From Octopus vulgaris (Eukaryota), in contig OX597829.1 in assembly GCA_951406725.2 (NCBI GenBank), forward strand, positions 25,110,001 to 25,174,000: a DNA stretch of 64,000 nucleotides, in the 5' to 3' direction. Shown here one piece after another: positions 1-62,903 of this stretch; within the stretch, counting starts at the first letter, position 1, and the number at the start of each line of letters is the position of its first letter. A program made the translations under genes and the position numbers. The notes below the pieces were generated by a model, which saw only the letters and a list, made by a program, of their open reading frames with translations, did no database searches and had not been told where the DNA came from.

Positions 1-335
1 CTAGTAAGGTGACACTGGTAACGATCATGCTCGAATGGTGCCCTTTAAGTGCCACTGGCATGGAAGCCGGTTAGCCGCTCTGTCAATGATCACACTTGTA
101 TGGTGCTCTTTGCACCCTGCCAGCATGGATGCCAGTCATCGATTTTGATTTTGCTTTTGATTGATTGATTTCACTTGCCTCAACAGGTCTTCACAAGCAG
201 AGTTTTAGTGTCCAAAGGAGGAAAAGGTACGCATAAGTGGGCTGGGTGCGCCCCTGGCATAGGCCATGAGATTATGGTTTCATTTGGCTTGCCTGGTCTT
301 CTCACGCACGGCATATTTCCAAAGGTCTCAGTCAC
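1..335 (-). mobile_element. RTE LINE 3' fragment (same family as 12356-13313)
   Basis: Nearly colinear with about 12750-13070. Confidence 0.85.
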
Positions 336-1084
336 TAAGCTTATGATTTTGAATATATGATCAAGTGTCAAATATCTTCTTCAACTCTGTGAATTTCACA
401 TGTGATAGCTAAATTCAAGCAATTCTTGACAGAGCAATTTAGCACATGGTCAACATAGCTGCAATTTTAGCAAACAACCATTGTGATGATAAAAACAATC
501 CTGTAACTACTATTGCCCTATGACTTTAAGCAGTGATTCATCAATTACCTTTCTCTGTTATTACTAATATTACAAAATCCCATTTTTTTTTTTTTTGCAT
601 GAAAGTTTTGTGGTAAAATCACAAAAGTTTCAAGAAGACCCATCCACTGCAGCAGGATTGATACTGATGCTGGTGCCACATGAAAAGCAAAAAGTACACA
701 CTGGTGTGGTTGGCATTTGGAAGGGCATCCAGCCATAGAAACCATGCCAGAGCAGACAATGGAACCTTGGTGTGGCCCCTGGCCTTACCAAGTTCTGATC
801 AAACCATCCAACCTATTCCAGCATGGAAAACAGACATTAGATGACGATGATGTTTACACCAACTTTCTCACAAACAACATACTCATCTGAATAAGTGACA
901 GGAATCACAGCACACACATTTTCTTCAAAACTCCTCTCAGAATTTTAGGTTTTTGCAGCTCAAAATTATTTAAAACATTTCAAATTGTTTTTCCAATCTC
1001 ACAGCCAGTAATCCAAGATTCCCAAACTTCTTGCTGTTTAGATGGTCTAAGAATTAATGGTAAGATTTAATAGAGACATAAAAT

Positions 1085-1915
1085 AATTCTTTCTAATTTT
1101 TGGTACAAGACCAGCAAATCTGAGGAAAGAGGAAAAGTTAATTACATCAATTCCTGTTCTTCACTTTTTATTATTTCATGAACCCTGAAAGGATGAAAGA
1201 TAAAGTTGACCTTGGTAGAATTCAAGCTCAGAATGTAATGTGCCAGAAGAAATGCCTCAGCATTTAGTTCCAGTCACTTATTGGCTAATAATAATAATAG
1301 TTTCTACTATAAGTAGAAGACCAACAATTTTTGAGGTGAGCAAGAATTAGTTGATACCATAATATTTGACTGATATTTTAGTTTATTAACCACAAAAAGA
1401 TGAGAGGCCAAGTTAACCTTAATGGGATTTGAACTCAAAGCAAAGAAGAAATACCACAAAGCATTTTGTCCAGCACACTATAATTCAGCCAATAATAATA
1501 ACCTTTTCTACTCTAGGCACAAGGCCCGAATTGTTTGGGGAGGGGGCCAGTCGATTAGATCAACCTCAGTACACAACTGGTACTTAATTTATTGACCCCA
1601 AAAGGAGGAAAGGCAAAGTCAACCTCAACAGAATTTGAACTCAGAACATAAAGACTAAGTACTGCTAAGCATTTCGCCCAGCATGCTAAAGTTTCTGCCA
1701 GCTTGCTGCCTTAATAATGATGATGATTTCAAATTTAGGCACAAGGCCTGCAATTTTTAGGGTTAAGTTGATTAGACCAGGTACTTATTTTATCAACCCC
1801 AAAAGGATAAAAGGTAAAGTCAACCTTGGCAGATTTGAACTCAGAACAAAGACATGAAATGCTGCTAAGTATTTTGCCCAGCATGCTAACAATTCTGCCA
1901 GCTCACCATCTTAAT
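1085..1915 (-). mobile_element. Four tandem copies of SINE family B (others about 49408-49735 +, 50335-50540 -, 59035-59225)
   Basis: Units of about 200 bp (reverse: ggcagcaagctggcagaa...gagttcaaattc...gactttgccttt.atccttt.ggggt.gataaa...aagtacc) separated by (AAT)n. Confidence 0.85.
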
Positions 1916-2045
1916 AATAATAGTGGTCAACTAAAGACACAAGTACAGAACAGGCAATAGAAGCATTAGTAGATACACTTGCCACATGGCCTTAATACCT
2001 CGAACCATATCATTTTTGTTATTTATCTTTCATCCATAATTTAGA

Positions 2046-4093
2046 TTGGTCACATTTCCTCCCACTGAGCTACCAAATTATCTCTCCTCCTTCATCACCA
2101 TGTAACTCTCTCCTTATACACTACTTCTGCCTTTCTCTTTCCCCACACTCCTGCAACCTACCCAACCATGTCATCTCCCTCTTTTGCCCACCTTGTGTCA
2201 ACTGTATCATCATTACTATCCTGCTGCTCTTCTTCCCCCACTCTCTTCATCTTTTTCTCTTCACCAATTTATGCATCATCGGTCACTCTCTGTGCTCTAT
2301 CCACCCTTCAACCCTACTCCCACTGATTTACTGATGTTAGGTTCCTTTGTTCAGGTGGTGGAGTCCTTGTTGAAACTCAACTTGGGTTCTTTTTAGAGGG
2401 TTGATGCTGACCAAGTCATTTTTCTGAAGAGAAGAAAACAGAGAGGCTTGGTATGATGTTGAAATCCTGGATTTCCAGCAGGATGTCAGGTATAAGGATG
2501 CTAATCACCAACGAAGTGCAGGTGTTGTCTATGCAGGGATAAGAACAGCACCTGATGATAAATAAACCACATGGTTGGAACTTACAGGGACATGAATAAT
2601 TTGGTCAGTGTTTATAATGTTGCAGGTGGCAGTTTGATTGGCATTGTTTTGAAAGTTGAAAAAAATCTGACTAGCTACAACTAAAGAGGAAAATCAATGG
2701 CAGGAAACAGATTCACAAAGATGGTTAGACTAACATATACTCTTTTATTTGATTGTGGCCATGCTGGAGCACCGCCTTTAGTCCAGCAAGTCGACCCCAG
2801 GACTTATTCTTTGTAAGCCTAGTACTTATTCTATCAGTATTTTTTGCCGAACCACTAAGTTACGGGGACATAAACACACCAGCATCGGTTGTCAAGCGAT
2901 GTTGGGGATACAAACACAGACACAAACGTATACACACACATACATATATATACATATATACGACGGGTTTCTTTCAGTTTCCGTCTGCCAAATCCACTCA
3001 AAAGGCTTTGGTCAGCCCGAGACTATAGTAGAAGACACTTGCCCAAGGTGTCATGCAGTGGGACTGAACCCGGAGCCATGTGGTTAGTGAGCAAGCTGCA
3101 GTGTTTCTGAAATTATTTAGTGTACTGAGGAGCTGTGTAGTGTTCTTGACAAAGTCGCTAGTATAACAATAGAATATTTTGATTGGATGCATGATCGAGA
3201 GATGGACAAAATATTTATTATAGTAAGCAAAAATGCATTGCCATTACCAAGTGAAGTAGTTTGTGTCAGTAGTGAATGTAGTTGTTGTTGAGTGAACTGA
3301 AGTTGAGAGCCATAAGTTCCTGTAGTCATTGATCTTGGCTGTGTGTGGTCACTGACTAATTATCAGATAAACCTTCTACATAGAAGGCACATGGCTTAGT
3401 GGTTAGAGTGTCGGGGTTCACAATCATGAGGTAGTAAACTCAATATCCCAGACCAGGCTGTGTGTTGTGTTCTTGAGCAAGACACTTTATTTCATGTTGC
3501 TCCAGTTCACTCATCAGCAGAAATGAGTTACGACATCACTGTTGCTAAGCTGTATCGGTCTTTGCTTTTCCCTTAGATAACATTGCTGCCATGGAGAGGG
3601 AAGGCTGGTATGTATAGACAACTGCAGGTCTACCATAAGACAACTTTGCCCAGACTTGTGCTTCAGAGGAGAAACTTTTTAGGTGCAATCCTAGAAGTTC
3701 ATTCATGACCGAAGGGGGTCTTTACCCTTTATAGATGGCTTATCTGATAAATATGCCAAAGATGAACATGTTATTGAGATTTAAATATGTTGTTTATCCA
3801 AAAATGTTTCTTGTTATTTGGTCACATTTCCTCCCACTGAGCTACCAAATCATCTCACCTCCTTCATCATTATATAACTCTTTCCTTATACACTACTTCT
3901 GCATTTCTCTTTCTCCACACTCCTGCAACCTACCCAACCATGTCATCTCCCTCTTTTTCCCACCTTGTGTCAACTGTATCATCATTACTATCCTGCTGCT
4001 CTTCCTCCCCAACTCTCTTCTTCATCTTTTTCTCTTCACCAATTTATGCATCATTGGTCTCCCCCTTCACCAATTTATGCATCATCGGTCACT
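2046..4093 (+). repeat. About 245-bp pyrimidine-rich direct repeat pair (2046-2287 and 3818-4093)
   Basis: Colinear copies, both bounded by ggtcac. Confidence 0.85.
3384..3730 (+). mobile_element. tRNA-derived SINE family D
   Basis: tggcttagtggttagag A box; gtgttcttgagcaagacacttta central domain; tttacccttt tail. Confidence 0.7.
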
Positions 4094-4354
4094 ATGGGGA
4101 TTCTAATGAGTTTTCACTGCAAGAGACTTAAATGGGTTAGTTACTTGATGATATCAACAATCCTTGACAGAATCTTGTTTGTGATGTTTAGTTATTTTTA
4201 CATCTGAACACGATGTAGATTCAATTCTTAGTCTGTTTGAAATTCTGGCAATATTCCTATGTGATTATTAATATACAGCATTTAAAGTTAAATGTTTACT
4301 TTGGTAGTTCTGTAACATTTCTTTAGGCATTTACAAATGACATGAAGGGAACAT

Positions 4355-4650
4355 GTGAAATGATCTTTAGCTGTGGAAGAGGCAGACCCAGAAAGACATG
4401 GGACAAGGTGGTAAACTATGATCTTCAGATGTTGTGTCTCATGGAGTCAATGACAAGTAACCAAAACCTTTGGCGATTTGCTGTGCTTGAGAAGACACAT
4501 CAAGCCAAGTGAAACTAATTGTGGCCAGTGCCGGTGACACGTAAATTGCACTCACTAAACTCCAGTCAGAGACCAAACCAAAACAGCTACAGTCAAATCA
4601 TCTAACCCATGCCAGCATGGAAAATGGATGTTGAATAATGATGATGATTG
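4355..4650 (+). mobile_element. RTE LINE 3' fragment
   Basis: CGRGRPRKTWDKVV-coding stretch and gatgatga tail. Confidence 0.75.
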
Positions 4651-4806
4651 GCAAAAATCATTGACAAGTAGGTTCAAGACAATACTTTTGGTTATGTGGA
4701 TAACATTGCTGCTGTCAGTGAAGATTCTAATGAGGAAAAATATTGCTCTATGATAAATGGAAGTAGTAAAGGATTTAAATTTAACTATTAAAATGCAGCA
4801 GAGAAT

Positions 4807-4857
4807 TTTGTCAGTGAACAGGTCGCGGTCTCAAAGCGCCGAAAATATTTTGACAAA
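4807..4857 (+). ncRNA. Minimal type-I hammerhead ribozyme motif, G3-C8 core variant
   Basis: Stem I tttgtca/tgacaaa; core GTGAACA; stem II gg(t)cgc/gcgcc; GAAA; palindromic AAATATTT stem III; UUU triplet. Confidence 0.55.
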
Positions 4858-5689
4858 TTAAATTTAAATGTTGAAATGAATCTGACGGATTTTGTGTTTC
4901 TTAAATGGCTTATAAACACCTTCAACACTGCAATTGTGTTCATTCCAGCACACAATCTCAGATCAGGTCATTTGCTATGCAAGTACATCACCGTATTAAA
5001 TATAGTTTACTCAGTATTAAAGTTATGTTGGTTATGAAATTTCTTACCATTTGTTTCAACCTGATCCAACCCATAGAGAATCTCTCCTGATTATTTCTTC
5101 TCTCTGGAATGGTAAATCTCTAAAATGATAGCTATCATTATTTATTACTCTCAGTGGATATTTGGCTTTTCAAAAAACTTATTTCTTTACAAGATGCAAC
5201 TAGCTTTTTATTTAAATTAGATGAAATAAAAGTGTTTGAATCAATTAAGTATGATACTGCAGGATTTGTTTCAGTAGATATCAATGAAGGTAAATTATTA
5301 TAAACAGAAACAGCCATGTTTGAAGATGTTATTGTTGAAACTCAAAGTCAAAATGACTAACAGTGAACTTCTTCACTCACACTCTATCAGATATAAAAAT
5401 TTGTAACCTATGGTGATGAAGGAAGCTGTATCAATAGTAGAAGCCATCATAAGATGAAGCCCCTAACTTTCATATATGTAGTTTCTATCTTTCTGTGTGT
5501 GATGTAAAATGCTAAACTGGTGTGTTGAATTATACCAATATTTATAGGACAATTCAAAAAATATGTTGGTAGCATTTCAAGTTCATATGATGTATTTTAT
5601 TAGATAACATTAAACCAGATATGACTGTTACTTTGATTTGTAGCTAATAAATAAGATTCACTGGTTTGCAATATCTGTTTTTACACCAG

Positions 5690-6083
5690 TCTCACCTGAC
5701 TGGCACCTGTGCTGGTGGCATGTAAAAAGCACCATTCAAGCATGGCTGACGTTAGTGCTGCCTGACTGCACCTGTGCCAGTGGAATGTAAAAAGCACTGT
5801 TCGAGCATGACCAATACCAGTGCTGCCTGACTGGCACCTATGCCGGCAGTACATAAAAAAGCATCATTTAAGTGTGGCCAATGCCAGTGCTGCCTCACTG
5901 GCTCCCATGCTGGTGGCACCCATTACACTCTCAGTGGTTGGCATTAGGAAGGACATCCATCTGTAGAAATCTAGCCAAAGCAGATTGGAGCCTGGTGTAG
6001 CTGCCAAGTTTGCTAGTTCTCAGTCAAACTGTCCAACCCATGCCAGTGTGGAAAGTGGGCGTTAAATGATGATGATGATGATT
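5690..6083 (+). mobile_element. RTE 3'UTR fragment with tandem units
   Basis: Repeated gcctgactggcacctgtgc...aaaagcacc units, ending in gttaaatgatgatgatg. Confidence 0.75.
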
Positions 6084-7526
6084 CAGACTTGTCGATTGAT
6101 AGATCAACACTTGCAGACATATTGCTCTCACACTGTTCTCTGGAGCAAACAGGATGTCTTCAAGTTCATGTTTGCATATTTCAGCAACATCTGATATTTC
6201 AAATTTGGTGTTAAAATTTGTGCTAAATCTTTGTCCAAAATACACTTCAAGATTTTTTTTTGGTTGACTCATTGTCTTTGTCCATTTAATCAACCATTTC
6301 AACATAACATGCCATTTCATTTCCCAGCAAAATATACAAGTTCCCTGTTGTTGCATTTGAAGAGTCACCACAACCCTGATTTTGTGATATTTCAAGAGAT
6401 GCAACAAGTTCTCAATATTTCTTTCATTTGCCATCCAAGACAGGCTTATGTTCAGGCAAAGCAGCATATTCAAATGACAAGTCCCTGAACTCCTCCCTTT
6501 ACACACTGCTATATATACCAGCATAGCTAGTAGGGGTTGAGGAGGCTGGTCTACCTTGCGAAATGTTTTTTGTGATATGATACTAAACCTGTATAGGCTT
6601 GGGGCTTTGGGGACAGAAAACTCAAAAGCTTCCCCATGCAACACACATTCTAGCTATATTACTGTGGTGACCAGTAATAAAGTCACAATTAATTTATGGG
6701 ATCTGGATAAAACCTGTGATTTTCTTCCTGTGACTTTTTTTTTTTTTACCTGGATTTGTTACTGTATACCAGTGTTCCTGTGATAGAGGGATTTGTAAGA
6801 ATATATTCCCTTTCATTATTTTTCAGCTAATTTCATGCAGCAATGAGTTCTGTGCATTGTTTTAATCATTGCACAATATTTTAGATTATGTATATTGTGT
6901 TGTAAAAAGATTAATGGGCCTAGCAGAAATAGTAATGCTGAACAGATGTCATGCAATAATGTCTCCATAAATGTGTCTAATGTCTGTAGTCCTGCTGATG
7001 GTGATTTTGTTTTTGTATTCCACCAAAAATGATAAAGTATATATCTGTAATGTACTAGGGATGGTCAATTACCTACATCTTCCTCCCTATAAATTTATCA
7101 CCATATGTATTGAAAAAAATAAAGGGGTCACTGTGACATATTTTCTATCTCTCTCTATATATATATGTATATATATATATATCTGTATCAAATTACTATG
7201 TTGGTTTCAAATTTTGGCACAAGGCCAGCAATGACAGTATCCAATGGGCCCATGGTCTAAATTGTGTTCTGATGGTATGGTTTCTACAGCTGAATGCCCT
7301 TCCTCAAGCCAACCACTTCACAGCTTTAACTGGGAGAAGCTTTTTGTGTCTCCAATACTAGTGGTGCTTGCAAGACTACATATTCTCACAAGAGTGGAGT
7401 AGCATTAACCCTTTTGAGACACATAGTGCTTTAGTATGTGTAGCCAAAAAGACCAAAGTTTCTTTTTTTTTCTGTTGAGATTGAAATTGATGGGCGCATG
7501 TAGAAAACAAAGGATGTTGAAAACTA

Positions 7527-7798
7527 TTTGTTTTTTCACAGAAACATTTATGATTATTTATTTACATGTAATGTATTGTTTTAGATTTTCCTAGTGTGAT
7601 AGATATATTGTACTGTTTATAAGCTTTCATAATCATCATCATCATCATCATCGTTTAAGCGGACGCTAAACGATGATGATGATGATGATGATTATGAAAG
7701 CTTATAAACAGTACAATATATCTATCACACTAGGAAAATCTAAAACAATACATTACATGTAAATAAATAATCATAAATGTTTCTGTGAAAAAAACAAA
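7527..7798. repeat. Near-perfect palindrome, about 131-bp arms, 9-nt loop
   Basis: 7527-7657 is the reverse complement of 7667-7798 (one homopolymer length difference). Confidence 0.95.
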
Positions 7799-9199
7799 AA
7801 AAAGTACTGAAAGAAGATCTCTGATTGGCTATTACACTTCAAAATCAACCATTAACAACGTTTGTTTCATTGGGCCAATGGATTGGCCTCAAAGTCTTTT
7901 CAGCTTGTATCAAGAAGGTTAAGCCAGGAGGCGAGTGGATGCAGAACAAGATTCTTGCTGTAGAAGTTTATTACATTTGAAAGAGTGAGAGAGAATGATC
8001 AGGTAGGGCTAGAAAGAAATAGAATAGTAGTAATAAGGTGGTCTGGATGGCCTCCTCTAACTACATGGTGAGTATAAGTGTGTGCAGGTGGGCAAGAGAT
8101 GTAAATATAGGATAGGACTGAATGGTAGATGTAGGGAGCTACAGTAAAAAACAGGTGGAACATTGAGAATAGAGATAGAAGAGATGGGAAGGACAAGAGA
8201 TGACATCATTGGGTAGACTGCAGGAGACAGGATGTAGATGTAGTGTACGAGAAGAGAATCATATAATGGTACGGGAGGAGAGATAATTTGATGACTTGGT
8301 GAGTGGATGTGATCAATGTGAAGTATGGGTGGAGAGATCAGTGTTGATAAAGGGTAGCTAAAATGAAATGTTTCAGAGTCACAAGTAAAATAGGTGGTAT
8401 CAAAGAAGTGTTGCAGTTAGAACGATGATGGGTTGTGGGTAGGGTCATGAGGATATTAGGCAAAGACCTAGTTGTGCTTACACACACAGAGCTTCCAGAA
8501 CATATTTGTTATGACATATCTTTGAAACTGATGTGATATCATTATCATCATTGTTTAACGTCCACCTTCCATGCTGGCATGGGTGGGATGGTTTGACAGG
8601 AGCCGGCCAAGCAGAAGCCAGCACCAGACTTCTGTAACTGTTTTGGCAGGGTTTTTTTATGGCTGGATGCCCTTACTAACACCAACCAGTCAGCAGAGTG
8701 GACTTAATGCTTTTTATGTGGTACCAGCACAGGCAAGGTTAGTTTTGACAAGGTCTTTACAGCTGGTTGCACTTCCAAACATCACTTTACAGTGAGTGCT
8801 TTTAAGTGGTACCTGCAATGACAGGGTTGCCAAGTACTTGCAAAACAAAAAAGAAACTTTTTTGAAAGGGAGGAGGCGACCTTGTGTCGGATCATGAAAG
8901 GTTATAGTGAGACAGAGACAGGGTATTTTGCTGTAGAGGAGGTTACAAGGTTACCCGGCTGGGGAACAAGAGATCAGAAATGAATATAGAAACAGGTATG
9001 CTTCTGCAAAGGAAATATATGGTTACCCAACCTGAGGGAAGTGCAGAAGGAGAGAGAGACTGTATTTTTTCACTGTATTGTGCCAGATTTAGCAATGACA
9101 ATATTGAATCTGTAAGAAATTTTTTCTTATGATATAAAAATCTTGAAGAAAATATGTTTTTTCCAAAGGGAAAATTCATGATGAAATTTTCTCTGTATA

Positions 9200-9520
9200 G
9201 TTTGTAATGATAATCTGACCTACCATCATCAATTTTTATATCAAAATAAAGCGAAAAACATGGAGTCACAGTGCACCAATGCATTGAACTGGAATGAGAG
9301 CTACTCTCCAACAGTCCAAAAAAAAGAAAACAACTTTGTAAATGTGTGGAAATACTGGGGAGTTCAAGGGATGCTGACATATGTAACAGTCAGAATTTCA
9401 TTATAACCAAATGAGAAGAAAGTCCACATCCAGAACTTTCAAATGATGTTTAATTTTCTAAGGAGGAAATTTATTTTGACATGCAAGCAATAAGTGTGTT
9501 TTTGTGTGTTCAAACTGTTT
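9200..9520 (+). repeat. Old unclassified dispersed repeat (second copy about 18735-19080)
   Basis: Shared blocks atctgaccta..catca..tatatcaaaataa, gtggaaatac, cacatccagaa, tgtgttcaaactg. Confidence 0.6.
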
Positions 9521-12355
9521 TTGTCTTCATTGTATGGTGTTCTAGTGATACTTATTTACAGTTGAATCTGAGAAATTTTTTTTTTGTGTGAGACCACGGA
9601 AAAGACATTGGAGAAGTTTCGACTAATTTAATGTACAAAGCAGAAATATGTGTGTGTGTGTGTGTGTGTGCATACTTTTATCTTTTACTTGTTCCAGTCA
9701 TTAGGCTGTGGCCATGCTGGGGCATTGCCTGGTGCAGGCTTCACCATGGCCAGCTCTTGTGGTTCTGTCCCACCCATGCATGGAATATGGACGTTAAATG
9801 ATGATGATGATGATGATCCACAGGTTCACAAAAATTGATTTACAAGAGAAAACTCACAATATAATCAGACACCATGAATTCCATTTCGAAAAGTGAAGCT
9901 GTAACTCTTCCATGTTGTAAAACAAAGAACTGACAGGATAAAATACTAGAGTCAACGACTGTCAAACTTGATGCATAAGAAAATCAGACATTTCATTCTT
10001 AATGACCAGATAATTTAATGTTGATATCCCAATAGCTGACCCTGTACTTGGTAAGGGTGGTCATTTGCCACTACTACTTTGAATCATCTGATTAAACAGT
10101 ACTTTTAATACAGCATTCATAATTTGCATCACATACCCCATGCGAAGTGCAACCATCAGCCAATTAACGTACAGCCATTGTTATTTCATTTTTTTTCATT
10201 CAAGTCACCATCATGTTTTATCTTTTACATGTTTCAGTCATTAGACTGCAGCCTTGCTGGGAAAATGCCTTGAAGAAATTTTCAGTTCAATGAATCAACC
10301 CCAGTAGTTACTTTTTCTTTTAAGCCTGGTAATCATTCTATTGCTCTCTTTTGCTGAACTGCTAAGTTACAGGCATGTAAACACACCAACACCAGTTGTC
10401 AAGCTGTGATGGGGCATGCACACACACAATGGCCATCTACCAAATCAACTCACAAGGTTTTGGTTGGCCTGAGGATATAGTAGAAGACACTTGCCCAAGG
10501 TTCCATACACTGGGACTGAACCCAGAACCATGTGGTTGGAAAGGAAATTTCTGACCATACAGCCACACATGCACCTACATTCAGTAGATTGTATTACCTC
10601 ATTTCTGTTCCAGGTTCTATGATCAACCAAAGGTAATTTTAAATGTTACACTACTACTACAAGTTTTGTATATCTCTGCCTTTTGCTGTCAATAGCAGGA
10701 ACATTTTTTTAATTACTTCCCGACCTTTTATCATGAAAGGTACTATTCTTTTGCTACAACCACTTCCATCATTGTCCCACATTGATATAGGTTTGACAGA
10801 ACCTGACAAGTTCAAGGACTTTATTGTACTCTAGTGTCTATTCTGGTATGTTTTTTATGGTTAGATGCCCTCCCTAATGCCAACCACTTTACATTGTGTA
10901 CTGGATGCCACCAGTACTTGCTAGGTAACTGTGTAGCTTGCAAAACTATGAACTTGAATGATGAGGGGCAACATTATGCTGGGAGAATAAAGAGTAAAGA
11001 GGAATAATGTGTGAGAGAAAGGGCTGGAGCAGATTTTAGAAGAGCAGGTAAGGATGGAGTTGGAAAGTGATGTATTATCAGAGCAAACCTTCATTTCCAT
11101 TATTTTTACATTAAGTCTCCATATGCCAAACTCTTCTCTCAATTACTATCTCCCTTTCATTATACAGATCCTAAATCTATCCACATTCAATTTTTTCCTT
11201 ACCACTAACACATCTTTATTATTAACCATCCCTCCCTCTAAACATTTCTCATTAGAACCTGTTATTTTCCTTCTCTTACAATCATCAATTTCCATTACTA
11301 TTTGTTACCCTAACCATTACTCTTCCTCATGACCACTCATTGTTGACATCCATCAATCTTCCTTTGTCTTCTACCAACCTACTTCATCCCTCATTACCAT
11401 TTATAATGTTTATATCTAATCCTTTTTACCATAAGCTTCAATTACTTTTTCCTCTGTCATCTAACTCTGGTCCTCTTTCACCACTCAACTAGAAATAAGG
11501 TAACTTTGTTCTGGCAAACGGACAAATATAAGGAAAGTGGTAAAGAAAAGATTCTTTCACCTCACCAAGAGTAAGACAACTGCTTTAGTGCTGGTACCAT
11601 GATAAAATGTACTTGGTACAATGGAACAATATATCAAGTGGTTAGTGACAGGAGATTACTGTAGAAATTATGCCAAATATGTAACATACAAGAAAGATGT
11701 GGTACTCTAACATTTCTTGGATAGCAGTAACTCCAAATAATAACTAAGTCAATCCATGACAACTCGTATCAGAGTAGAAAAACATATGTAAACCGAGGAG
11801 TTCCAATTGCTAAATACTCCAATACATCAAAAGTCCTGGTTCTTTGTCAATTTATTACACATCTCACTGCGTCTTGTGTACTCATTGCCTGCACTGAGCA
11901 CACAGTATGGAGTTATAGAGAGGAAACAGGGAAACTGTGATTATCAGTTATTGGCTACCAATTAATTCTTTGGACTTTGTCATGCTAACCTTTTGAACTT
12001 TTGGGTTTATTAGAAAACACTTGTGGGTTCAGAACTTTATCTGGTGCTTTCCAGCAGATTACTCATTCAATAATCAGTGAGAACTAGGTGATCAATAATG
12101 AAATGCTGGTCAGAACATTGCATTTGCAATACTTTTGGCCAAAATTAGCTGGTTCTATTGATAGATAAATGGATTATAAAACCCTACCACCGATCTTTCT
12201 ACACCTTCAGTTACATTTAATAACTTTTAGCATAGAAAAATATCAACATATAAAATCCTACGTCAAAAGAATTTTTGTTTAATGTTTTAATATTCAAAAG
12301 TTACTTTTTCTACTGAAAATGTTATACAAAAATGTTCAAATGATATTTCAAAATT

Positions 12356-13313
12356 ATCATCATCATCATCGTTTAACGTCCGCTTTCCATGCTAGCATGG
12401 GTTGGACGATTTGACTGAGGGCTAGCGAACCAGATGGCTGCACCAGGCTTCAATCTTGATCTGGCAGAGTTTCTACAGCTGGATGCCCTTCCTAACGCCA
12501 ACCACTCTGAGAGTGTAGTGGGTGCTTTTATGTGCCACCGGCAAGGGGCCAGTCGGGCTGTACTGGCAACGACATCGCTCGAATCTTTTACACATGCCAC
12601 CGGCACAGGTGCCAGTAAGGTGATGCTGGTAACAATCACGCTTGAATGGTGTCTTTTACGTGCCACCGACATGGAGGTCAGATAGCCACTCTGGCAACAA
12701 TCACGCTCGGATGGTGCTCTTAATACTCTACTAGCACGGGGCTCGAGTGCCAGTAAGGCAACACTGGTAATGATCACACTCAAATGGTGCCTTTTAAGTG
12801 CCACTGGCATGGAAGCCGGTTAGTTGCTCTGTCAATGATCACACTCATATGGTGCTCTTTGCATCCCACTCGCATGGATGCCAGTCATCAAATTCGATTT
12901 TGATTTCACTTGCCTCAACAGGTCTTTGCAAGCAGAGATTTAGTGTCCAAAGAAGGAAAAGATACGCATAAGTGGGTTGGTTACGCCCGTGGCATAGGCC
13001 ACAAGATTATGGTCTCATTTGGCTTTCCAGGTCTTCTCACACACGGCATATTTCCAAAAGTGTCGGTCACAAGTCATTTCCTTGGTGAGGCCTAAAGTTC
13101 GAGGGTCGTGCTTCACCACTTCATCCCAGGTCTTCCTGGGTCTACCTCTTCCACAGGTTCCCTAAACTGCTAGGGTGTGGCACTTTTTCACACAGCTATC
13201 CTCATCCATTCTCGCCACATGACCATACCAGCGCAGTCATCTCTCTTGCACACCACATCTGATGCTTCTTAAGTCCAACATTTCTCTCAAGGGACTTACA
13301 CTCAGTCGAGTAT
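12356..13313 (-). mobile_element. 5'-truncated RTE-clade LINE (RT C-terminus, 3'UTR, (GAT)n tail)
   Basis: Reverse strand encodes LRWYGHVARMDEDSCVKKC...CGRGRPRKTWDEVVKHD...FWKYAV with stops; 3'UTR with about 60-bp tandem units. Confidence 0.9.
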
Positions 13314-13364
13314 AACAAAACAAGCACTTATCTGTGAAATCATAATTTTTTTTTAATAATTAAA

Positions 13365-13370
13365 TTTATT
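13365..13370 (-). promoter_or_regulatory. Candidate HIRA polyadenylation signal AATAAA
   Basis: AATAAA about 44 nt after the stop (another overlaps the stop codon); AT-rich context makes chance occurrence likely. Confidence 0.3.
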
Positions 13371-13413
13371 TCCCATCCCTGATAAGACATCTTTGGTAAA
13401 AACAATTCATCAT

Positions 13414-62903
<49,490 letters not shown>

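Noticed and set aside
2330-2730. Possible decayed GIY-YIG (reverse strand SNHVVY..IRC)
   Set aside because: Too degenerate to support by eye; needs a profile search.
6024-6644. 206-aa minus ORF and overlapping plus ORF with TSSLLLHLKSHH (BED-finger-like)
   Set aside because: No recognisable domain over the length, no convincing CxxC partner or splice structure; at most a decayed transposon.
12530-12890. Regularly spaced repeats resembling a CRISPR array
   Set aside because: Whole units are homologous (no unique spacers), they lie inside an RTE 3'UTR, and there are no cas genes; eukaryotic context.
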